Origin: Candidatus Eiseniibacteriota bacterium
Lineage (GTDB): Bacteria; Eisenbacteria; RBG-16-71-46; CAZAMP01
Assembly (NCBI GenBank): GCA_965224245.1
Contig: OZ245046.1
Location: 2,496,001-2,560,000, forward strand
Direction: 5' to 3'
DNA length: 64,000 nt
Shown here piece by piece: positions 50,119-64,000 of the stretch (its first letter is position 1; each line of letters starts with the position of its first letter). The position numbers and the translations under genes are program-made. The notes beneath the pieces were generated by a model that saw nothing but the letters and a program-made list of their open reading frames with translations, ran no database searches and was not told the DNA's origin.

Positions 50119-50717
50119 CGCTCCTCGTCACGCGGGCCACCGCGCGGGGAAAGTTCGGGGATCGGAAGCCGGCGGGCCACGCGGTGCACGTGCGTGCCCA
50201 GTAGCGGGAAGACCAGGACGTTGCACACGAGTGCGACGACCGCATACGGCACGGCCGCAAGGACGGTGGCGCGCCACGCGCCGACTGTATAGGCGACGGC
50301 CAGCGTGGTCAACGCCTGGAAGACGGCCGTCGCGATCAGCCCCCCCATCGCCCACGCGGCCGCACGGCGCGCGATCGCGAGCCCGTCCGCGTCGCCCTCG
50401 GGATCGTCCCGATCGGCGCCGAGCAAGGGTGACATCGCGCCGCCCAGCCAGCCGACCACGCCGCGACTGACCACCAGCGCGACGAGGAGCGGCACGCCGG
50501 GCAGACCGTACGGACTCAGGAGCCCGTAGGCGATCGAGGCCAGGATTCCCACGCGAATGCCGGAGACCGATCCGAGGAGGACACCGGACAGGAACACGAT
50601 GAACGTGAAGAGCTCGACGTTGGGAACGACGGCGAGGACGAAGCCGGCGGCGACCGCGAGTGCCGCGAACGCGGCCTCCAGCGTGGCTAGGCGGACGCCC
50701 GTCCTGGCTTCGCGCAA
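50115..50717 (-). CDS. ECF transporter S-component-like membrane protein
   Basis: TTG start with GGAGG RBS. About 200 aa, 5-6 TM helices, AxxxA in helix 1 and PNVELFT motif. Confidence 0.7.
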   Translation of the reverse strand: MREARTGVRLATLEAAFAALAVAAGFVLAVVPNVELFTFIVFLSGVLLGSVSGIRVGILASIAYGLLSPYGLPGVPLLVALVVSRGVVGWLGGAMSPLLGADRDDPEGDADGLAIARRAAAWAMGGLIATAVFQALTTLAVAYTVGAWRATVLAAVPYAVVALVCNVLVFPLLGTHVHRVARRLPIPELSPRGGPRDEER

Positions 50718-52771
50718 TCCGATCCTCCGAGTGCGGCGACTCGCTCGCCCGTGTCTTCGAAGTTCGGATCTTCGCGAAGGATGGACTCGAACAAGCGCAT
50801 CGCGTCGTCGGCCTCGCCGGCGCCTTCCAGCGACAGCGCGAGCTGGTAGCGCACCCCGAGCGACTCGGGCCGGAGCGCCAGTGCCGCGCGCAGCACGCGG
50901 GCCGCCTCCTCGAAGCGACCGACCTCGCGCAGGCACCGCCCCCAGAGCTCGCGCGACTCCGCCTCGAGCTCCGGATCGGTGCAGGCCTGCTCGAACGCCT
51001 CGGCTGCCTCCTCGTAGAGACCCATCTCGACGTGCGAGAGCCCCAGATCGTAGTGATCCTTCGGGGACGCGTCCGCCATGCTCGCCTTCAGCCCGTCGCG
51101 GAACTCGTTCAGGAGCGCACCGAGGTCGACCATGTCGTCCTCGCTGACCGTCGGCGCGTCATCGCGTACCTGGACGTTCGACACACCCCGCACGTCGAAG
51201 AGCGACTCGGGCTTCTTCGATGACACGGGCGCCGGCTCGTCGCCGGAGCCCGCCTCGGCCGCCGGGGCCGCCGGTCCACCGATCTCGGCCGCGAGCCGGT
51301 CGTACTGATCGCGGATCCGTCCCGCGGAGGGCTCGATCTCGAGGTAGGCCTCGAGCTGCGAGAGCGCGTCCTCGGGCCGCCCGTGATGGACGAGCGCACG
51401 TGCCATTCGCTCACGAAGATCCTGAGCGGAGAGAATATCCCCCTCGCGAATGTGCAGCTCAAGCAGTTTCTCCAGGACATCGAGGCGAACGGGATCCGCG
51501 CTCGAGAGAGCCTCGAGCGTGTCGGCCGCATCGGGCAGCTCGGCCCGGGCCCGCACCTCGGTGAGATCGGACGCGGTGGCCATCATGCTCCTGGGGCGCG
51601 GCTCGGGCATCGGCGTCTCGGTCAGCTCGAGCGATTCGGCGACCTCCGGCGACACCTCGCCCAGCGTGGGCTTCCACTCCAGCTCGGCCGACGGTGGCGA
51701 GTCGTCCTCGCTGAGCGCGGCGTCCAGATCGTAGAGGTGCTCACCGGGCTCGTCGGCACCCATGTCGAGCGCCCTGGGGTCGTGCGCATCGACACCGGTC
51801 GCGTCGAGCTCGATCACGCGCGCGTCGTCGGCAGGCTCCGTCCGATGAGAAGACGCCACCGACGGGTCGTCCGATCCGTCAGCGTCGCTCGTGAGCGGTG
51901 ACGCCATCTGCATCGAGGCGCCGTCGGAGAGAGCGCCGTCCATCGAGGGATCGATCGATCCCTCGCGATCGGACTCGAGGCTCTCGGGGTCGATCGCGCC
52001 GTACTCCAGCGCGGCGTCATCGCCGGCCTGGGCGTCACCGGCACCTGCGACCGTCTCGCTCCGCCGATCGGGCTCGAGATCCGGATCCGCCAGCGGCGCC
52101 GGACCGTCGGGCGACGGCTCCTCGGTGAACGCCCCGTTCACGTAGCTCGACGTCTCGGAGTCGAGCTCCTCGTCGCCTCCCGAGTGGAGCTGGCGCATCT
52201 GATCGGCCATCTCCAGGAGCACGTTCCGATCGGCTTCCGAGTCCGCGGACTCCGCTCCGCTCAGGAGCAGCGCGACCGCGACGGGCACGCGCTCCCATCG
52301 TACGAGGCACTCGGCCTGGCGCGTGAGCATCTCGGAGTTGCGTGGCTTCAGTCGGCCCAGCCGGTCCAGCCACTCGAGCGGCTCGCCGGTCTGCTCGAGC
52401 TGATCCTGCGTCTCGGCGTACTCCAGGTAGGCCGACACGGCATCCAGGACGAGCCCCTCTCGTTCGCAGAGCTCGGCCAGCAACAACAGAAAGCTGCTCT
52501 GCCCCGGATTGACCCTCAGCACCTTGCGACAGAGGGCGATTCCGTTCCGGTGCAGCGAGGCGTTTCGGTAGGCGGTGACGGCCCGCTCGTAGTGGCTGGT
52601 GGCCTCGCCGGCGCGGCCGCCCCGAATGCACAGGTCGCCCATCATGACGAGGTCGTACGGGTCGGTGCTGTCGCCCTGGACCAGACCCTCCAGCGCGCGA
52701 ATGGCGTCGAGAATCTTCCCGTCCTTCGCCAGCTGGCGGGCGCGCTTCTTGATTTCAGCGGGTTTCGCCAA
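50687..52771 (-). CDS. Cytoplasmic TPR protein with an acidic linker (SgmX-like architecture)
   Basis: N-terminal TPRs, long D/E-rich spacer, C-terminal HYDLGLSHVEMGLYEEA TPR block ending DPNFED. Confidence 0.75.
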   Translation of the reverse strand: MAKPAEIKKRARQLAKDGKILDAIRALEGLVQGDSTDPYDLVMMGDLCIRGGRAGEATSHYERAVTAYRNASLHRNGIALCRKVLRVNPGQSSFLLLLAELCEREGLVLDAVSAYLEYAETQDQLEQTGEPLEWLDRLGRLKPRNSEMLTRQAECLVRWERVPVAVALLLSGAESADSEADRNVLLEMADQMRQLHSGGDEELDSETSSYVNGAFTEEPSPDGPAPLADPDLEPDRRSETVAGAGDAQAGDDAALEYGAIDPESLESDREGSIDPSMDGALSDGASMQMASPLTSDADGSDDPSVASSHRTEPADDARVIELDATGVDAHDPRALDMGADEPGEHLYDLDAALSEDDSPPSAELEWKPTLGEVSPEVAESLELTETPMPEPRPRSMMATASDLTEVRARAELPDAADTLEALSSADPVRLDVLEKLLELHIREGDILSAQDLRERMARALVHHGRPEDALSQLEAYLEIEPSAGRIRDQYDRLAAEIGGPAAPAAEAGSGDEPAPVSSKKPESLFDVRGVSNVQVRDDAPTVSEDDMVDLGALLNEFRDGLKASMADASPKDHYDLGLSHVEMGLYEEAAEAFEQACTDPELEAESRELWGRCLREVGRFEEAARVLRAALALRPESLGVRYQLALSLEGAGEADDAMRLFESILREDPNFEDTGERVAALGGSDCAKPGRASA

Positions 52772-53046
52772 TGTCGGTCCTTCCCGAGGGTGGGAATCGA
52801 GCTGCCTCGAAGAAACTATCGTTGAGTGGCCGATTTCCTGTAGTGCGACGGCCCCGGCACTTCACGCGGGGTCGGCCGATACGAGCCGTCGAGCGGCGAC
52901 GCGGCCGCGCCAACACCTTGCCCGATGCAGAAATGAAGCCTGGTGCCCCCCGGCGTCCGCCGCGGATGGGTCTGGGTAGACCGCCGAACCCCATGGTGCG
53001 TGGCGGACGGGCGGGGTCGTCTCGGATCCGCGGGCGACGCGGCGGA

Positions 53047-54342
53047 CTACGCGTCGGTGGTGTCGGGGTGGCTGGAGGCCGCCGGGAGCCGGCGCTGAGT
53101 GCGGCCGCCGATCAGGAGATCCCGGACGTGGCCGCTCCCGAACCAGTAGGCCAGCGTCCGGTGTGAGGCGACGGCGTGGACGGCCACGTCGGCCGCAAAG
53201 CCGGGGCGGAGCCGGCCGATCCGATCGCCGAGACCGCACGCGAACGCGGCGTTCCGGGTGGCCGCGGCCAGCGCCTCGATCGGACGCATGCGGAGCTGCG
53301 TACAGGCGAGCGACAGCACCATCTCCATCGAGTGACACATGCAGCTACCCGGGTTGAAGTCCGTGGCCAGCGCCACCGGCACGCCGGCGTCGATCAGTCG
53401 GCGCGCGGGCGCGTACTCCCGGCTGCCGAGGAAGTAGTTCACGCCCGGCATCAGAACGCCCACCACGCCGGCGGCGGCCAACGCGGACATCGCCTCGGGC
53501 GTCACCGCCTCCAGATGGTCGGCCGACACGGCACACAGCTCGGCGGCGAGCTCGCTCCCGCCGAGCGCGGTGAACTCGTCCACGTGGAGCTTGAGCCCGA
53601 GACCCGCCGAGCGGGCCGCGTCCAGGACTCGTCGCGCCTGCGCCACGTCGAACACGCCCTTCTCGATGAATATGTCGCAGAACCGGGCGATGCCTTGCTC
53701 GGCCACCGCCGGGATCATCTCGTCCACCAGGAGCGCCACGTAGCGCTCGGGCGATTCCCGGTGCTCGGGAGGGAACGAGTGCGCACCGAGGAACGTCGGG
53801 ACGAGCCGGAGCGGTGTCGTGCGTGAGAGGCGGTCGATGATCTCGAGCGCGCGGAGCTCGTGCTCGAGCGATAGCCCGTAGCCGGTCTTGCACTCGACGG
53901 TGCCCGTGCCGGACGCCGCCATGCGCAGGAGGCGGTCGCGGTTGAGCGCGAGGAGATCGTCGGTGGACATCTCCCGGAAGTGACGCACGCTGGAGTTGAT
54001 CCCGCCGCCCGCGGCCGCGATCTCGAGGTACGTCTTCCCCTCGATCCGCATCTCGAATTCGCGCTCTCGCCCCCCGGCGAACGGCACGTGGGTGTGACAG
54101 TCGACGTAGGCCGGCGTGACGACGCAGCCGCTGGCGTCCACGTGCGTGTCGGCCGATCGGCCGCCGAGCGCGGCCGCGACGTCCCCCGTGGAACCGACCC
54201 ACGTGATGACGCCGTCCTCGGCGATCAGGGCCCCGTTCTCGACGAGCCCGGCCTCGGCGAGGTCGGCACCGACCAGCGGGCCGTCTCCCCCGGCGAAGGT
54301 CAACAGCTCCGACGCACCCGACACGACGACGATCGAACTCAT
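53047..54342 (-). CDS. hutI: Imidazolonepropionase
   Basis: VDCHTH, YLEIAAAGGGI, ECKTGYGL, FLGAH, SADHL and ATDFNPGS motifs. Confidence 0.96.
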   Translation of the reverse strand: MSSIVVVSGASELLTFAGGDGPLVGADLAEAGLVENGALIAEDGVITWVGSTGDVAAALGGRSADTHVDASGCVVTPAYVDCHTHVPFAGGREREFEMRIEGKTYLEIAAAGGGINSSVRHFREMSTDDLLALNRDRLLRMAASGTGTVECKTGYGLSLEHELRALEIIDRLSRTTPLRLVPTFLGAHSFPPEHRESPERYVALLVDEMIPAVAEQGIARFCDIFIEKGVFDVAQARRVLDAARSAGLGLKLHVDEFTALGGSELAAELCAVSADHLEAVTPEAMSALAAAGVVGVLMPGVNYFLGSREYAPARRLIDAGVPVALATDFNPGSCMCHSMEMVLSLACTQLRMRPIEALAAATRNAAFACGLGDRIGRLRPGFAADVAVHAVASHRTLAYWFGSGHVRDLLIGGRTQRRLPAASSHPDTTDA

Positions 54343-54473
54343 CTCGGCACCCCGCTCGCTCGACACCGGCTTCACGACCGCGCCCGAGTCTCGCACGCAC
54401 GCGCGCACCGGACCAGCCGGATGTGCGCCGTGTGTCTCGAGTCTCGGCCTCTCGACGCCACCGACGCGAAACG

Positions 54474-54505
54474 GGCCGGGAGGCGGATCGAGCCGCCTCC
54501 CGGCC
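54474..54505 (-). terminator. 13-bp perfect hairpin after the TolB-like gene
   Basis: ggccgggaggcgg-atcgag-ccgcctcccggcc with only a weak T tract. Confidence 0.5.
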
Positions 54506-54550
54506 ACGGTCGGGCTTGGAATGTCGCCGCCGGAACGCCGGCGGCCTTTC

Positions 54551-55705
54551 TCACCGTGCGAGGATCGCCCGGGCGGCCGTCGAGGCACCGCCGGCGGTCT
54601 CGAGGCGATAGTAGTAGACACCGTTCGGCAGCTCGACGCCGGCGGTGTTGCGGCCGTCCCAGTCGGCCTCGAAGCCGACCGCGGTCCGCTCGGCCGACAG
54701 CATCCGGACGCGGCGTCCGCGGGCGTCGTACACCGTGAACCGCGCGCCACCCTCGGTCTCGCCGTCCAGCGCCGCGCCGAGACGCGTCGTCACGCGGAAC
54801 GGGTTCGGCGCGCTCCCCAGCGCCGCGCGGGTCACCGCGGGAGCCGCTGACGAGGAGTCGACACCGAGAATGAGATCCGAGAGCCAGACCTCGAACGTCC
54901 CCGACTCGTCCGAGACGTACGCGTAGCGATCCCCGAGCGGCGACCAGGCCGGCATCGACTCGGACGTCGCGAAGTCGTTCAGCACGACCGTCGGCATGCC
55001 GCCGGTGACCGGGACGGAATAGAGATCCCAGCTGCCGGTGTAGAAGCTCGCGAAGAGGAGGCTCTGGCTGTCCGGCGTCCACGACGGCGTGGCCTCGGCC
55101 TCGGTGCCCCCGGTGAGCTCGATGGGAAGCCCGCCCGACACGTCGACGATGGCGATGTTGGAGCCGGCGACGCCGCGCCGGTACGCGATCCACTGGCCGT
55201 CGGGCGACCAGTCCAGATCCATCTCCTCGTCGGCGTCGAACGTGAGCTGGGTGTGGGTGTCCACGACGCGATCGTAGATCCAGATGTCCCGGTCGCCGCC
55301 CCGATCGGTGGAGTAGGCGATCTGGGTCCCATCCGGCGAGAAGGTCGGGCTCCGGTCGAAGCCCGGGGTGTGGATGACGCGCGTGGCGGATCCGCCGGGG
55401 ACGCCGATGACGTAGATGTCGTCCGTGCCGGCCGCGCTCGACGTGAACGCGATCTCGGTGCCGTCCGGCGACCACTCCGGATCCCACTCCAGACCCGGGT
55501 TCGTGGTCACGGCCATCGGGGCGCCGCCGCCGGCGCTCACGACCCAGAGATCACCGTCGTCGGCGAAGACGACGAAGCTGCCAGACGGCGACCAGGCCGG
55601 AACCTGTCCGCCGGCCGTCGTGAGCTGCGTGGCAGCGCTCGCGGAGAGCGCGAAGGTCAGGGGCGCGAGCATCGTCGCGAGTCCGAGGGTGCGGGCGTTA
55701 GACAC
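54551..55705 (-). CDS. Secreted TolB-like (PD40) beta-propeller with a C-terminal FlgD-Ig/T9SS-like domain
   Basis: Signal peptide and six P.WSPDG-type blades. C-terminus APNPF..YDARGRRVR..WDGRN..G..LPNGVYYYRL. Confidence 0.85.
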   Translation of the reverse strand: MSNARTLGLATMLAPLTFALSASAATQLTTAGGQVPAWSPSGSFVVFADDGDLWVVSAGGGAPMAVTTNPGLEWDPEWSPDGTEIAFTSSAAGTDDIYVIGVPGGSATRVIHTPGFDRSPTFSPDGTQIAYSTDRGGDRDIWIYDRVVDTHTQLTFDADEEMDLDWSPDGQWIAYRRGVAGSNIAIVDVSGGLPIELTGGTEAEATPSWTPDSQSLLFASFYTGSWDLYSVPVTGGMPTVVLNDFATSESMPAWSPLGDRYAYVSDESGTFEVWLSDLILGVDSSSAAPAVTRAALGSAPNPFRVTTRLGAALDGETEGGARFTVYDARGRRVRMLSAERTAVGFEADWDGRNTAGVELPNGVYYYRLETAGGASTAARAILAR

Positions 55706-55884
55706 GGGATACCTCCTCGAGCGGGTTGATGGTTCTCGGTCTCGTGAGAACCAGACGCCCGCTCGGCTCCGACCGAACGCTGAACGGCCTCAAAAAACGC
55801 GGGGAAATGCCGGAGGGCGCGGTGGCGATCGACGCCCCCACGCCCCCTGGCTTACATGTCGTTATTTCAGAACGTCTTATGCGA

Positions 55885-57567
55885 TCAGTCGTCACCCATC
55901 GGCAATCGCACGCCGCTCTCCCGGGCGCACGCGATGGCCTCATCGTACCCGGCGTCGGCATGCCGGATGACCCCCATGCCGGGGTCGGCCGTCAGCACGC
56001 GCTGGAGCTTCCGGCCGGCGAGATCGGTGCCGTCGGCCACCGTAACCATGCCCGCGTGGATGGAGTTGCCGATGCCGACCCCTCCCCCGTGGTGGAGGCT
56101 CACCCAGGATGCCCCGCAGGCCGTGTTGACCATCGCGTTCAGGAGCGGCCAGTCCGCGATGGCGTCGGTGCCGTCCTTCATGCCCTCGGTCTCGCGATAC
56201 GGGCTGGCCACCGAGCCGCAGTCCAGGTGATCGCGCCCGATGACGATCGGAGCCGAGATCTCGCCTTTGGCCACGAGCCGGTTCACCACCTCGCCGAACC
56301 TCTCGCGCTCGCCGTATCCGAGCCAGCAGATGCGCGCCGGGAGCCCCTGGAACTGCACGCGCTCGGCGGCCATCGGAATCCAGCGACGGAGCACGGGGTC
56401 GTCGGGGAACGTCTCCAGGATCGCGCGGTCGGTCCGATGGATGTCCGTTGGATCGCCCGAGAGCGCGACCCAGCGGAATGGGCCCTTTCCGCGGCAGAAC
56501 AGCGGCCGCACGTACGCGGGCACGAACCCGGGAAAGTCGAACGCGTTCTCCACGCCGGCCTTCCTCGCCTGTCCGCGGAGGTTGTTGCCGTAGTCGAACA
56601 CCACCGAGCCCCTGGCCATCAGATCCAGCATCGCGCGGCAGTGCGCGGCCATGGACTCGTACGACATCGCGACGTAGCGCTCGGGATCCGACGTGCGCAT
56701 CTCGATCGCCGTCTCGAACGACACGCCGGCGGGCACGTATCCCTCGAGCGCGTCGTGGGCGGAGGTCTGATCGGTCACGTAGTGCGGCGTGAACCCGCGG
56801 CGCACGATCTCGGGGTGCGTCTCCGCGGCGTTTCCGACCAGCCCGATCGAGAGCGCGCGGCCGTCGGCCGCGGCCGCCTCGGCCCGCGCGATGGCGTCGT
56901 CGAGCGAGTCGGCCTCCTCGTCCAGGTAGCGCGTCTCGAGGCGTCGCCGGAGCCGTGCCGGATCCACCTCGACGCAGATGCACACGCCGCCGTTCATCGT
57001 GATGGCCAGCGGCTGGGCCCCGCCCATGCCGCCCAGACCGGCGGTCAGCGTGATCGTGCCCGAGAGCGTGCCGTTCGTGTGCTGGTTGGCGGCCTCGGCG
57101 AACGTCTCGAACGTGCCCTGGAGAATGCCCTGGGTTCCGATGTAGATCCACGATCCGGCCGTCATCTGACCGTACATCGTGAGACCGTCGGCCTCGAGCT
57201 TGCGGAAGGTCTCCCAGTCGGCCCACGCCGGCACGAGATGCGAGTTCGCGATCAGCACGCGCGGCGACCACGGGTGCGTCCGGAACACGCCGACCGGCTT
57301 CCCGGACTGGACGAGGAGCGTCTCGTCGTCCTCGAGACGCTCGAGCGAGCGCACGATCGCGTGGAACGCGTCCCACGAGCGTGCGGCGCGGCCGGTGCCG
57401 CCGTACACGATCAGCCGCTCGGGGTCCTCGGCCACGTCGGGGTCGAGGTTGTTCATGATCATGCGCTTGGCCGCTTCCTGGGGCCAGCTCTTGCAGCTCA
57501 GGGACGTGCCGCGGGGTGCGCGGACCGGCGCGTGCGGCGTCTTCGTCGGGCTCATGACATCCTCCAT
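55885..57567 (-). CDS. hutU: Urocanate hydratase
   Basis: [39 protein letters not shown] and HHGGGVG motifs. Confidence 0.98.
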   Translation of the reverse strand: MEDVMSPTKTPHAPVRAPRGTSLSCKSWPQEAAKRMIMNNLDPDVAEDPERLIVYGGTGRAARSWDAFHAIVRSLERLEDDETLLVQSGKPVGVFRTHPWSPRVLIANSHLVPAWADWETFRKLEADGLTMYGQMTAGSWIYIGTQGILQGTFETFAEAANQHTNGTLSGTITLTAGLGGMGGAQPLAITMNGGVCICVEVDPARLRRRLETRYLDEEADSLDDAIARAEAAAADGRALSIGLVGNAAETHPEIVRRGFTPHYVTDQTSAHDALEGYVPAGVSFETAIEMRTSDPERYVAMSYESMAAHCRAMLDLMARGSVVFDYGNNLRGQARKAGVENAFDFPGFVPAYVRPLFCRGKGPFRWVALSGDPTDIHRTDRAILETFPDDPVLRRWIPMAAERVQFQGLPARICWLGYGERERFGEVVNRLVAKGEISAPIVIGRDHLDCGSVASPYRETEGMKDGTDAIADWPLLNAMVNTACGASWVSLHHGGGVGIGNSIHAGMVTVADGTDLAGRKLQRVLTADPGMGVIRHADAGYDEAIACARESGVRLPMGDD

Positions 57568-57660
57568 CGCGAGACGATGCCGCCGAGGATACCAGATCGC
57601 GGGAGGGCGACGGCCGGGACGTTCGGTAGGCCGACTTCACCTCGCCCCAGCTCTGCGGTC

Positions 57661-64000
<6,340 letters not shown>

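Noticed and set aside
52926-52941. GG-N10-GC element upstream of the TPR gene as a sigma54 promoter
   Set aside because: AGGCTT-N5-CTGCA deviates at both boxes and no supporting enhancer or IHF site was found.

Overview
GC-rich bacterial chromosome segment with almost all genes on the minus strand. A C-terminal FlgD-Ig/T9SS-like sorting domain and the gene set suggest an FCB-superphylum lineage such as Eisenbacteria, Krumholzibacteriota or Gemmatimonadota (inference only). From left to right: an RcnR-type repressor with a CzcCBA-like RND metal-efflux operon; an overlapping cytoplasmic thermolysin-like (M4) metallopeptidase and ComEC-type MBL hydrolase pair just 3' of tRNA-Glu(TTC); a beta-propeller gene, ABC-F, rarA and galE; a sigma54 promoter with two enhancer palindromes and an IHF site upstream of a receiver protein and a histone H1-like protein; an NtrBC-like pair; TPR/outer-membrane barrel/ExbBD genes; miaE, nfo, efp, a parvulin and a nitrilase; a Myxococcus/Geobacter-style type IVa pilus cluster preceded by comEA, an outer-membrane barrel, an ECF S-component and an SgmX-like TPR gene; hutI and hutU split by a secreted TolB-like propeller gene; dinG, ligA and a partial spermidine synthase-like gene. 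The best candidates for an undescribed system are the tRNA-linked peptidase-MBL pair (possible protease-activated nuclease defence module) and the sigma54-controlled histone-like operon. No CRISPR array, integrase, transposase or rRNA was seen. Start codons were chosen by eye from RBS and overlap evidence.
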